This document shows positions 1-8,434 of a DNA stretch of 64,000 nucleotides, piece by piece. The translations under genes and the position numbers were made by a program. Numbering within the stretch: the first letter of the stretch is position 1; every line of letters begins with the position of its first letter. This stretch comes from a virus (Duplodnaviria; Heunggongvirae; Uroviricota; Caudoviricetes), in the IMG/VR virus record IMGVR_UViG_3300042898_001927. One strand, 5' to 3'. The notes beneath the pieces are model-generated. The model had not been told where the DNA came from and did no database searches. It saw only the letters and a list, made by a program, of their open reading frames with translations.

Positions 1-102
1 CATGTCGTTCATAGTTTTATCACGACTGACACTTTTCTCTACATCTGGATTTGTTGCACATCCCGTTAAGAGCAGTGCTGTAATAATTATAATTGATTTC
101 AT
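1..102 (-). CDS. Putative lipoprotein, N-terminal part only (gene runs off the window start)
   Basis: Minus-strand ATG at 100-102 gives MKSIIIITALLLTGCATNPDVEKSV..., a signal peptide plus LTGC lipobox. The frame is open to position 1. It abuts the stop of the upstream ORF at 104. Confidence 0.4.
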   Translation of the reverse strand, partial: MKSIIIITALLLTGCATNPDVEKSVSRDKTMNDM

Positions 103-103
103 A

Positions 104-424
104 TTATGTTTCTTTTAATTTAAATTTAATGTCTTTATGTTTGACTATAATAAACAAAGTTATTTTATCATTAACTCGCATAGGCAAATCTAAGTGTATA
201 GTTACTTCTGGCCCGTTGATGTCGTTAATCTTGCGGTCATTACCCACTGTACCAACAAATGGGATTTTATTATAGTGACCAAATACACGATCACCTATGT
301 TATAGGTATGCTTGTATCCAATCTTGTTAAAATAATCAGTTTGATTTCCCATATACTTTCCAACAGTTATTTTCAACGTCCCAATGACGATTGTCATAAA
401 GAGTTGCGTTAATGCTGTAGCCAA
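104..424 (-). CDS. Hypothetical protein
   Basis: ORF track. The true start is possibly at an internal Met (M25). It overlaps the 336..629 ORF in another frame. Confidence 0.35.
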   Translation of the reverse strand: MATALTQLFMTIVIGTLKITVGKYMGNQTDYFNKIGYKHTYNIGDRVFGHYNKIPFVGTVGNDRKINDINGPEVTIHLDLPMRVNDKITLFIIVKHKDIKFKLKET

Positions 425-629
425 ACAGACCCAGACCTAATGTTGCACCAGAATGGTCGCATCGTGTGCGAACTGTAAAGTCAAACTCTACAAGGGCACC
501 ACTTTGTAAGACTTCGAACTCCCAATATTTATTCTTCCAGGGCAAGTGTCCGTGCCAGTTACGGATGTTTTTAAAATCCCGCCAACTTCTAAAGTATGGA
601 TTCTGTATAGAAAAGGTAACGGCTATCAT
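336..629 (-). CDS. Hypothetical protein
   Basis: ORF track, 97 aa, with Trp/His-rich composition. It overlaps neighbours at both ends, so its start is uncertain. Confidence 0.35.
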   Translation of the reverse strand: MIAVTFSIQNPYFRSWRDFKNIRNWHGHLPWKNKYWEFEVLQSGALVEFDFTVRTRCDHSGATLGLGLFGYSINATLYDNRHWDVENNCWKVYGKSN

Positions 630-1021
630 TCGTCATCCTCATCGAGATCTCCGTCATGCATATGTCCAATGATATCTTCATCGTCCAATGTTGCACCTAG
701 CATACGAATCAATCGCATAACTTCCTCGGGACCGAGACTCAGTGTCATACTGGTATAGTCAGCAATCAGTGTCAAGGTAGTTGCACCATTGGCGCTGTCG
801 TATCCTATTCTGTAATGATCCTTTACTTGGTTAGTAGGGATGTTAGGAATAGGAGGAATGGGTGTTACATCGGGCATAGCTTTTTTCATATCATTACCAA
901 TCTTTTCCATATCAGATGCCATGTCTCCAGTGGAATAACCACGAGTAGCAAATAAATTTCTAAACCAATCAAACATATTCTTCAAATCCTTAAAATGGGA
1001 TGTCATCATCCATATAGTCAA
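626..1021 (-). CDS. Hypothetical protein with an acidic C-terminal tail
   Basis: ORF track, 131 aa. The C-terminus is DDEDIIGHMHDGDLDEDDE. There is a 4-nt overlap with the neighbour, in operon style. Confidence 0.5.
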   Translation of the reverse strand: MTIWMMTSHFKDLKNMFDWFRNLFATRGYSTGDMASDMEKIGNDMKKAMPDVTPIPPIPNIPTNQVKDHYRIGYDSANGATTLTLIADYTSMTLSLGPEEVMRLIRMLGATLDDEDIIGHMHDGDLDEDDE

Positions 1022-1307
1022 ACACCACTCGCTTGGGCACAGGTGCTACATAATCAACATTGTCAAAGTTTTCAAACACGGTATTGTAATCACCCCTAAG
1101 CCTGTCTGGATTGTCACACAAGATTTCTGTCTTTTCAAGTGAGCTAAAGTCACCGCTGGGACAATCCAATACAGTAATATATCCATTTGTGAATACACCC
1201 TGCCAGCAACCATTGACTACCCAGAAGTCAAAATGTGTTAGTGACATTTCTTGTTCAAGTTCGATTAACAAACTTGGATTATCCTTAGTGCCCAGCATCA
1301 GTCTCAT
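990..1307 (-). CDS. Hypothetical protein
   Basis: ORF track, 105 aa, ordinary amino-acid composition. The preceding gene's terminator lies just upstream at 1333-1360. Confidence 0.5.
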   Translation of the reverse strand: MRLMLGTKDNPSLLIELEQEMSLTHFDFWVVNGCWQGVFTNGYITVLDCPSGDFSSLEKTEILCDNPDRLRGDYNTVFENFDNVDYVAPVPKRVVFDYMDDDIPF

Positions 1308-1332
1308 TTTTCAATCCTTACATTATTATAGC

Positions 1333-1360
1333 ACAAAAGAAAAGGGCCGTCAAGGCCCTT
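1333..1360 (-). terminator. Rho-independent terminator for the SPFH gene
   Basis: The hairpin has stem aagggcc/ggccctt and loop gtcaa at 1342-1360. On the minus strand it is followed by a T-rich run (plus-strand A-run at 1335-1343). It lies 19 nt after the stop at 1379. Confidence 0.6.
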
Positions 1361-1378
1361 GTTCTAGTTTTTATCCAA

Positions 1379-2176
1379 TCACTTGTTCATCATCAGTGCT
1401 GTGAAGTTGCTTGGCACTACAATAGTCTGTACCTTGCCGTTCTTAATACCTTCGGAGATATTCAGCATGGCCTGTGCTTCCATGAACTTGATAGAACTGG
1501 CGCTGTTATTAGCCAATGCTGCCATACGTCGGCTTTCAGCTTCAGCAGTCTTAACTTCAACTTCCTTCTGCTTCAATTCGTTCTTACTACGAACCAATGC
1601 ATTGGCACTTTCAACAACTGTGTCGCTAGGTACAACATTACGAATCAACACTTGACTAATCATAATAGTACCGTCCAACTTTTCCTCTGCCAAGTTGCGA
1701 ACGATTTCATCCTGGATGAACTTTTCCATTTCGCTACGCTTGTCAGCCATGTCCAATGCTTCGTACTTTCGTGCTGCCTTGTAGATAGCGTTACGAGCAT
1801 TTTGAACAATGTAGTTGTACATCACATAGGTATCACCCTTCATCTCAGCGTGGAACGCCTTGTTCTTGGTACTGTACAATTCTGCCACTTGTTGCGGATT
1901 GATGTTATAAACAACCACAGCATCCAAGTCTTTCATTGTGCTGTTATCAGCAGCCACAGGAGTCATGTCATTCAGCGCAACATTAACGTCCTTGATAGGG
2001 AATGTAAGCACATCACCGATGAATGTTTGGTTGAACGAACCAGGCAGCAACTCACCTGGCTGTACCTGTTTATCAAAACCAACTCGCACACCGACCTCAC
2101 CAGTCTCAATTCGAGTACAAGCACTAGTCAGTGCAACTGCGGCCACGACCAAACCAACTTTAATAAAACGCATCAT
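1379..2176 (-). CDS. SPFH/band-7 (prohibitin/HflC-like) lipoprotein
   Basis: 265 aa. The N-terminus MMRFIKVGLVVAAVALTSAC is a signal peptide with a lipobox Cys. The body is SPFH-like with an alternating charged coiled-coil C-terminus (EVEVKTAEAESRRMAALAN). Confidence 0.75.
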   Translation of the reverse strand: MMRFIKVGLVVAAVALTSACTRIETGEVGVRVGFDKQVQPGELLPGSFNQTFIGDVLTFPIKDVNVALNDMTPVAADNSTMKDLDAVVVYNINPQQVAELYSTKNKAFHAEMKGDTYVMYNYIVQNARNAIYKAARKYEALDMADKRSEMEKFIQDEIVRNLAEEKLDGTIMISQVLIRNVVPSDTVVESANALVRSKNELKQKEVEVKTAEAESRRMAALANNSASSIKFMEAQAMLNISEGIKNGKVQTIVVPSNFTALMMNK

Positions 2177-2272
2177 TTAAATAACTCCAGTAGAAAAAAG
2201 ATAAAAACAAACAACAAAGCCCAATGCAAAATACAAGGGCCTAAGCCAAAAGTCATTGATCATAATGATCCC

Positions 2273-2449
2273 TTAAAAAATTATCACCAATCCAAACATC
2301 AGCGCAATTGCTACTGCTGAACTGATTGTAGCATACACAGCGGCCTTTGTCAAGTCCAGGGCCTGCTTGCCTGAGAGTTTTTGGACTCCAAGAATGCCGC
2401 CCCAGACTAGAGCCGTCAATACCAAAAATAGGAAGATGACTCTGATCAT
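2273..2449 (-). CDS. Small membrane protein (58 aa, below the ORF-track cutoff)
   Basis: Hand translation gives MIRVIFLFLVLTALVWGGILGVQKLSGKQALDLTKAAVYATISSAVAIALMFGLVIIF, two predicted TM helices. It fills the gap between SPFH and rIIB on the same strand. Confidence 0.4.
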   Translation of the reverse strand: MIRVIFLFLVLTALVWGGILGVQKLSGKQALDLTKAAVYATISSAVAIALMFGLVIIF

Positions 2450-2452
2450 ATA

Positions 2453-3514
2453 TTAACCTTTAGTTGGGAAAGGCCAATCACCGCCTTGTGCTTTGAACAC
2501 GGTTCCTGGAGGAGGTGTTACCTTACCATCAGCATTGCGAGTCCAGCCGGTGGGAGTTGGCGGTACATAGCGATAGCGTTCCGGATCACCGTTTTCGCGA
2601 TCTTCCACTCCAGCTTCGTATCCAACGTCATAGGCATTGTGTTCTCTGGAACCATAGTTGTATGAATTGCTATAGTCTGCACCAGAGAAGCCGTCGCTAT
2701 AACCACGCTTATGGATACTTGAACCAACACGCACTTCTGGAACAGGCTTGGCTGCTCGAACAGTTTCGGTACCGTTAGCATTGCCCTGGACTGACTTGTT
2801 AAAAGCCTTGCCTGGTTCCACACCCAACTCACCGATAACTTCGTAGCGGCAAGCACGGCCTTTGGCCCCGTTGTAGTCGCTTGGAATTGATACAACATCG
2901 GCTGGATCAATCTTAACAATAACAGTTCGGCTATCAGTGCCACCAAAGTGATCCAAGTAACTCAAACCGCAGAAGTGTAGGCCAGCGGAACAGGTTTGAT
3001 CCTTGTTGTCATCCACTTGGTTGCGTTCCATTTCAACAACAGTACCTGGACTATTGTCCATAGTACCACTGTGAATGTCTTTGAAGTCACGGCGGACTTT
3101 CTTGTAAGCCAAGAAGTGACCATCGGGAGTGATTGGCAAACTGTTCTTTTCCAAAAAGCCGTAGAGTTCATCAACACTACGCTTGCTAGGGTTCTTCATC
3201 AAGTTATGCATGAACAGAACCATTGGATCAATAGTAAAGCCATCTTGCAACATAGTAATCATACGACTTGCCAACACACCTGCAAAAGGCTGACCCTTCC
3301 AGAACAGTTGTTCGCCCTTGACAGAGATGTTGCCAGCGCCGTAGTTCAGCACAACCTTAACTGGGTCGATAATGTTTTTAACAGTCTCCCAATCGTGTGC
3401 TTTGATAGCATCAACTACCTTTTGGTAAGTGACGTGGGTTTTAGAGATAGTGTGTGGCTTACCCTCGATAACCACGGTGACATTGCTGCCTTGAATAATA
3501 AACGGATAACTCAT
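2453..3514 (-). CDS. rIIB: rIIB-like protein
   Basis: 353 aa. It lies immediately downstream of rIIA with a 1-nt gap, in the T4 gene order. The size and C-terminal region (DNSPG...CSAGLHFC...DVVSIP.DYN.AK.R.C.YEV) are consistent with the rIIB family. Confidence 0.65.
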   Translation of the reverse strand: MSYPFIIQGSNVTVVIEGKPHTISKTHVTYQKVVDAIKAHDWETVKNIIDPVKVVLNYGAGNISVKGEQLFWKGQPFAGVLASRMITMLQDGFTIDPMVLFMHNLMKNPSKRSVDELYGFLEKNSLPITPDGHFLAYKKVRRDFKDIHSGTMDNSPGTVVEMERNQVDDNKDQTCSAGLHFCGLSYLDHFGGTDSRTVIVKIDPADVVSIPSDYNGAKGRACRYEVIGELGVEPGKAFNKSVQGNANGTETVRAAKPVPEVRVGSSIHKRGYSDGFSGADYSNSYNYGSREHNAYDVGYEAGVEDRENGDPERYRYVPPTPTGWTRNADGKVTPPPGTVFKAQGGDWPFPTKG

Positions 3515-3515
3515 T

Positions 3516-5696
3516 TTAGATTCCTTTCTTTGAATCGATCATTGAAACATATTCAGCGATATCGCTCGCTTCAACGCGGTAAGTACTCAAGGACTTCAAC
3601 AACGGGTACCTACGATTTACGTTGTCGAGTTGTGTTTGATATTTCACAATCAATGCATCTGGGCTAAGGTTAGCATTAGGTGCAAACTTGCGGAATAAGT
3701 TCTTCATATTATACTGGTTACCAGTAAATTTGTCAATACCTTTAAACTCCAAAATCAACCTGGCGTAAGGGCTGTTAAGATCGATGTCATTCAACACATC
3801 TTTGGAAAACTCCAGGATGTCTCGATTGTCCAAATTGGCCTTGACCAAACTCATCAATAACTTACTTACATCTTTGCCATTCAATTGGGCAGTAATGTGA
3901 TCTTCGAAATTGACCCAGTTCTTACGCTTCTTGATCTCTTCGATATCGCTCTTACGCACACCATAGATCTCACCGTTGAACAATCCAGGCAATGACTTAA
4001 CGTCCTCATACATTTCTTTGCCGCTTTGGTAGCCTTTAGCACTCTGCATAGTAAAGCCGCAGAGAGGAACATAGTAGTAAGTCTGTGTATCCACAAACTT
4101 GCTGGTATCACCTGCGTCACGCCAAACCATATCTTCATCACTACGACGATAACCACTGCGACTTCCGCGCTTCTCCAACTTAAGGATCGAAATGTTACGA
4201 CCCAAAGTCTCACGCTCACGTTGCTTCAGTGTAGAGGCTGCAAAGCGTCGGGCTAGCGGAGGTTCTTGGATTGCGGCAAAGAAGGCAGCAGTATCCATTA
4301 CTTTGGTCTTGTCAGCCTTGTCCAGAATCCAAATAGCACGGCTATAAACATTACAGCCAGTTTCCTTGTAGTGATAACGAGCACGTTCGGCAGCACCAGT
4401 CTTCAAATCATTGATAATAAAGTGGCTGTCAGCATCAACCTGCACACGCCATTCTTGCCAAGTGATGTAATGTCCATTGGCATTTTTAGCATGACCTGGT
4501 GCATACTCGGTAGTGCTTTTACCATTGGTAACAGTTTTGCTACCGCGATGTTGCGACAACTGTCGAATCACAATGTTGTAGTTGGCGGCCAAGTCTTCAA
4601 CTTTGAAATCAAAGCGAGTCATGTAACCGTACTGTTTGGTATTGTATGTAGGCAGGGCAGTGTCTATGGCATACTGATTTACAGCCGCAGTCCAAAGGCG
4701 GTGTTCTTTCTTCTTGAACAAGAACACAGCACGATCCCACAGGTTCTCGATGGCATCTGACTCTCGAGCAATTACAACTGTCAGGGCCGCATTGAGTTGT
4801 TCCAACTTGGCTTTGATAGCCGCAATAGTTGAAGGAATGTAACTCAAGCCTTCACGTGACGCTTGGAAGTCCAGCTCGCCGATGGCAAAGTGCATTTCCA
4901 AACCACAGCCCAATAATGCTCGTACATCTTGTTCGATGCTTTGATCAGCGGCAGGAATTTCAATAGGGTAAGCAATATTGCCCATAACAGCCACGCTGCC
5001 ACGACGACCTTCGTTTTTGTAACTATGCACACCGGGAATGATGTCACGGCTTTCGTATTCCGGAGTTTCGAATCCAAAGTCGCCGTTGCCCGACACTACT
5101 GGACGCAGAGCAAAGTGGCGATATACTTGACGTGCTTCTTGACGGAACTTGTCAAAGTCATAGCGTTCAGTAACAGCAAACTTGACTTCTACACCTGCCG
5201 GTTCGTCAGTGGCTTCTTCCATCATCTGGGCAATACTAGGCACACCAGCTTCGTTGATGAAAGCAGTGTAGATACCTTTGCGGCCGTTTTGGATAGCAGT
5301 TACTGTGAAGTTGTCAGTGTAACTAAACGGGCTTTTGGATCCCAAACCAAGGGCACCAATGAACTGGTTGCTCGCGGTTTTAGTACTTTCAAAGTAAGTG
5401 GTGTAGATGTTAGTGACTTGTTCGTGCGACAGACCAGTACCATAGTCTCGGATACTGAAGTGCGGTTCCAAGCTGTTTGGAAGATGAACGTCAAAGGGAG
5501 TGTCTTGCTTGCCAGCAGCCGCATGGCTGTCCACAGCGTTGCAACTGAGTTCGCGGATAACTGCTCGGATTTTGTTGGCATAAAGACCTGAGGAAAGAAT
5601 GGAAAACGCTTTGGCTGAGTTGCGAATACGGAATTCGCCAATCTCGCCCACGTTAGAAACAATGGCTTCGTTTTGCGGAGCGTTGTTGAGAATCAT
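3516..5696 (-). CDS. rIIA: rIIA protein (GHKL-ATPase family)
   Basis: 726 aa; T4 rIIA is 725 aa. The N-terminal Bergerat fold is present: N-box IRELSCNAVDSH and G1 box DYGTGLS. It carries the highly conserved rIIA block GALGLGSKSPFSYTDNFTVTA. Confidence 0.9.
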   Translation of the reverse strand: MILNNAPQNEAIVSNVGEIGEFRIRNSAKAFSILSSGLYANKIRAVIRELSCNAVDSHAAAGKQDTPFDVHLPNSLEPHFSIRDYGTGLSHEQVTNIYTTYFESTKTASNQFIGALGLGSKSPFSYTDNFTVTAIQNGRKGIYTAFINEAGVPSIAQMMEEATDEPAGVEVKFAVTERYDFDKFRQEARQVYRHFALRPVVSGNGDFGFETPEYESRDIIPGVHSYKNEGRRGSVAVMGNIAYPIEIPAADQSIEQDVRALLGCGLEMHFAIGELDFQASREGLSYIPSTIAAIKAKLEQLNAALTVVIARESDAIENLWDRAVFLFKKKEHRLWTAAVNQYAIDTALPTYNTKQYGYMTRFDFKVEDLAANYNIVIRQLSQHRGSKTVTNGKSTTEYAPGHAKNANGHYITWQEWRVQVDADSHFIINDLKTGAAERARYHYKETGCNVYSRAIWILDKADKTKVMDTAAFFAAIQEPPLARRFAASTLKQRERETLGRNISILKLEKRGSRSGYRRSDEDMVWRDAGDTSKFVDTQTYYYVPLCGFTMQSAKGYQSGKEMYEDVKSLPGLFNGEIYGVRKSDIEEIKKRKNWVNFEDHITAQLNGKDVSKLLMSLVKANLDNRDILEFSKDVLNDIDLNSPYARLILEFKGIDKFTGNQYNMKNLFRKFAPNANLSPDALIVKYQTQLDNVNRRYPLLKSLSTYRVEASDIAEYVSMIDSKKGI

Positions 5697-5730
5697 TTGG
5701 AACCTTTCAGTAGTGTGTCTGTATGTATAT

Positions 5731-5759
5731 ATTATAACAAGGTTTTACCTATTTGTCAA
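5731..5759 (-). promoter_or_regulatory. Sigma70-consensus early promoter for rIIA
   Basis: Read on the minus strand it is TTGACA (5754-5759), a 17-nt spacer, then TATAAT (5731-5736). The conserved downstream block ATATATACATACAGACACA follows, about 35 nt before the rIIA ATG. Confidence 0.7.
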
Positions 5760-6702
5760 GCTGATCTTGAAAAAGATTTACCACATTTTTAGATTTTTTT
5801 GTTGTTGTTTTTTTCTGTTTCGGTGCAGCATCTGGATTTCTGATTTTTTCCAAAATACCCTGCTCATATTTTTCGTTAGGAGTTGTTTGCACTCCTTCGG
5901 GCAATTGTGTGCTCAATTGTTTGTCAGCTGAAGTTACCGAGGATTCTACAGTTTGATTAATTCTTGTTTCAGCAATCTTGAAATATTCTTCAGTCATTTC
6001 AACACCAATGAAGTTTCTGCCAGTCAATTTGGCACTCACGCCACAACTACCGGATCCCATAGTAAAGTCCATAACAGTATCACCCGGGTTGCTGTATGTC
6101 ATGATCAACCAATTTAGAATATTAGTTGGCTTCTGAGTAGGATGCACTGTTTGCTGTGCAGAGAAATTTCTCGAAGCGTGAAGAATACTTTTTGGATAAC
6201 GAGTACCGTGATTCTCGCCGCCGAGGTATGGCTTTCCGTTGTTTCCAAAACCATATCCGTGACTGTTCTTACCTGTACCGTAGCCTTTTTCTTTGTCCTT
6301 GGCTTCTCGTTTGTAGGCTTCGCCTTCTTCCATAATTGGATTGTATGTGCCGCCACTTTCCTTGCTAAAGATCATAATATTTTCATGAACTTTTTGAGGA
6401 CGATATTTGGCCAAGCCTGGACTGCCGCACTTATTTTTATTCCAAATAAGCTCATGCCTGAACCAATCAATCTTACTGGCAATTACTAAACTGGTAAAAG
6501 GCTGACTACCAAAAATAACTATATTGCCTTTTGGTTTAACAATTCTTTCTAATTCAGCCCACATGGTTTTGAAGTCCAGGGTCTTGTCCCATTCAATGGT
6601 TGTAGTACCATATGGAGGATCGACACAGACCATATCTACTGATTGATCTGGAATCTTTTTAAAAGCTTCAAAGCATTGTTCGTTAAACAGAGTGATATTC
6701 AT
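5749..6702 (-). CDS. DNA amino-methyltransferase (N6-adenine or N4-cytosine), beta-class
   Basis: 317 aa. Motif IV DPPY (VCVDPPYGTT) is near the N-terminus. The AdoMet motif I (VMDFTMGSGSCGV) is near the C-terminus, giving the beta-class permuted order. There is a Lys-rich C-terminal tail. Confidence 0.85.
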   Translation of the reverse strand: MNITLFNEQCFEAFKKIPDQSVDMVCVDPPYGTTTIEWDKTLDFKTMWAELERIVKPKGNIVIFGSQPFTSLVIASKIDWFRHELIWNKNKCGSPGLAKYRPQKVHENIMIFSKESGGTYNPIMEEGEAYKREAKDKEKGYGTGKNSHGYGFGNNGKPYLGGENHGTRYPKSILHASRNFSAQQTVHPTQKPTNILNWLIMTYSNPGDTVMDFTMGSGSCGVSAKLTGRNFIGVEMTEEYFKIAETRINQTVESSVTSADKQLSTQLPEGVQTTPNEKYEQGILEKIRNPDAAPKQKKTTTKKSKNVVNLFQDQLDK

Positions 6703-7379
6703 TTTATATTTACTTTTTTTAGATTAGCTGTGCGGTAAGTAATGGCCTTGTTCCACTGTGCTGCCTTGTCTGCCCAGCATTTGAAAGCCCCGTCTGTAAT
6801 TACATTATAAAAAACATCTTCAAAGGATTGAGTACCTGGTTCGCACCCGTGTTCTTTACCCCACATAATTTGCAAGTTATTTGTTGGGTTTTTACCCCAG
6901 TGTGTAATTTGTTTGACTCCACGAACCATTACATGGCCGAAGTCTTTCTTGTCGAGACTAAGGAACCAATAGTCACGGTCAGTTTCTTTTTTATGCTTAA
7001 TAACTAACTCGGCAAATTTTGCATCGCTGATTTTATTGGCAATTTTAAATTCAGTGTATTGTTTAGCTGTGAGATCTGTCAGTGCCCACAAAATGCCTAG
7101 CTTACTAAATGCGTTGTCAGAACTGCCAATTGATGTTTTGATATTTACAGCATGGGCTGTGCCGTCGTCGTCGATTACTTCAATATCCATGAAGTTTCGG
7201 AGAACACCTTCTTTAATGCGATCTTTAAATTGTGGCTGTTTTTGCAGCCAAGCAATGATCTTATCTTCGTCTTTTTTACTATTGACTCGACCTTCATTGT
7301 TTTCGCTAACTGCTTTAAGATTAGACTTTTTCAGTGCTTCAACAATATCGTTCAAAATTTTTGGTGCTTTTGTATTCAT
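6699..7379 (-). CDS. Hypothetical protein co-transcribed with the MTase (candidate nuclease, unproven)
   Basis: 226 aa. Its stop overlaps the MTase start (ATGA). There is a weak D-x-E...N-I-K stretch (MDIEVIDDDGTAHAVNIK). No confident family could be assigned by eye. Confidence 0.5.
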   Translation of the reverse strand: MNTKAPKILNDIVEALKKSNLKAVSENNEGRVNSKKDEDKIIAWLQKQPQFKDRIKEGVLRNFMDIEVIDDDGTAHAVNIKTSIGSSDNAFSKLGILWALTDLTAKQYTEFKIANKISDAKFAELVIKHKKETDRDYWFLSLDKKDFGHVMVRGVKQITHWGKNPTNNLQIMWGKEHGCEPGTQSFEDVFYNVITDGAFKCWADKAAQWNKAITYRTANLKKVNIK

Positions 7380-7537
7380 TCTGTATCTCCGGAATCTTCT
7401 TGATCTTGCTTAAATGCTTCTGCTTCGAACAGCGTATCAAACGGATCGCTTTGAAAAGCACATTGTCCGAAAGGACCGTTAAAGTAAACATAGTACTTGC
7501 CTTCATCCTCAGCAAAGCGTATTTTAAGTTTGTCCAT
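7376..7537 (-). CDS. Small acidic hypothetical protein (start revised to an internal Met)
   Basis: The annotated start at 7597 lies inside the promoter -35 and terminator hairpin. The internal Met (MDKLKIRFAEDEG...) has an AAGG RBS and sits downstream of the promoter. Confidence 0.3.
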   Translation of the reverse strand: MDKLKIRFAEDEGKYYVYFNGPFGQCAFQSDPFDTLFEAEAFKQDQEDSGDTE

Positions 7538-7567
7538 CTTGAAGCCTTTTTGTGTCTGTATGCATAT

Positions 7568-7608
7568 ATTATACAAGAAAAAAACCGAGCATGTCAATAC
7601 TCGGTTTT
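7568..7608 (-). promoter_or_regulatory. Terminator hairpin overlapping a sigma70-consensus early promoter
   Basis: On the minus strand the hairpin is ccgag-N10-ctcgg followed by TTTTTTT (7578-7608). TTGACA sits in the hairpin loop (7592-7597), then an 18-nt spacer and TATAAT (7568-7573). The same downstream block ATATATGCATACAGACACA as at the rIIA promoter follows. Confidence 0.6.
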
Positions 7609-7623
7609 ACCTTATTTGTCCAA

Positions 7624-8154
7624 TTACTTTGTACGGATCTTCAATTTTGCGTAGCAGTTTTGGACGCCGACGGCCTGACGAATAGCATCCTGTAGAGCAT
7701 CGTGCTTACTGCCTTTGGGCATATCTGGATCTACGCCCAAATCAAACAAGGTGCGTGTATCACGTAGTTGCCAAAAGTTCCAAGGTAAAGGTTTGCCTAA
7801 TTGACGATAGATATTTTCTATAATGACCAAGTCAAAGGTAGCACCGTGACTCCAGAATGTATCACAGCCCCATGCAAACTTGTGGAACTGGTCTATTGCA
7901 TCTACAAGCGGAATGCGATTGTCTGGACTAAATGCTTCCTCCATAATAGCAGGATCTTGCTTGCTCCACCACTCAATTGTGTTTGGATCAATTTCCCTGC
8001 CTAGCTTGTCTTGATCGTCAAGATCAATACGGAAGTACAGTTTGTCTCCGTAGCCATTACCATGTGGGTTAAAATGTACAGCACCTAAGGATAGGACAAC
8101 TGCGTTTGGGGAGACTGCCATAGTCTCCATATCGATCATAAGTGCTTTAGTCAT
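7624..8154 (-). CDS. DEDDh 3'-5' exonuclease (DnaQ/RNase T/T4 DexA-like)
   Basis: Exo I is MIDMETM, Exo II is HGATFDLVII and Exo III is HDALQDA. The start is set at Met-7 (8154) because the longer ORF start at 8172 lies upstream of the promoter -10. The start remains uncertain and the mRNA may be leaderless. Confidence 0.75.
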   Translation of the reverse strand: MTKALMIDMETMAVSPNAVVLSLGAVHFNPHGNGYGDKLYFRIDLDDQDKLGREIDPNTIEWWSKQDPAIMEEAFSPDNRIPLVDAIDQFHKFAWGCDTFWSHGATFDLVIIENIYRQLGKPLPWNFWQLRDTRTLFDLGVDPDMPKGSKHDALQDAIRQAVGVQNCYAKLKIRTK

Positions 8155-8160
8155 GCAACA

Positions 8161-8189
8161 ATTATAACACAACTAAAGAACTTTGTCAA
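8161..8189 (-). promoter_or_regulatory. Sigma70-consensus early promoter
   Basis: Read on the minus strand it is TTGACA (8184-8189), a 17-nt spacer, then TATAAT (8161-8166). It lies between the bS21 stop and the exonuclease gene. Confidence 0.65.
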
Positions 8190-8434
8190 TAGTTTTTCTT
8201 AGGTAATTCGTTATCGCGAAGCTTCTTTTGCCAACGGGCTTTGGCTGCTCCGTTTTTACGCTTTCGTTCTGTGGTGGGCTTTTCGTAGAACATTTTAGCA
8301 CGGACAGTTTCTAGCACTCCGCTGTCTTCGACTTTCTGTTTAAATTTTCTCAATGCCACATTCAATGGCAGATCACCTACGATAACTTTATTACCAACTG
8401 CTTTATTTTGTTTGCTCATTTTTCTTTTTATCAA
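8186..8434 (-). CDS. rpsU: Ribosomal protein bS21
   Basis: 82 aa. The block NVALRKFKQKVEDSGVLETVRAKMFYEKPTTERKRK aligns with bacterial S21 (FYEKPTTERKR is near-invariant). It has a basic C-terminus. The start may instead be Met-6 at 8419. Confidence 0.85.
   Translation of the reverse strand: MIKRKMSKQNKAVGNKVIVGDLPLNVALRKFKQKVEDSGVLETVRAKMFYEKPTTERKRKNGAAKARWQKKLRDNELPKKNY

Noticed and set aside
1652-2320. Plus-strand 222-aa ORF opposite the SPFH gene
   Set aside because: It is antisense to a well-supported lipoprotein gene, with no RBS and junk-like composition.
3881-5662. Several 100-220-aa ORFs on both strands inside rIIA (3881..4219, 4266..4760, 4929..5591, 5300..5662)
   Set aside because: They are nested within the confidently identified 726-aa rIIA frame, so they are shadow ORFs.
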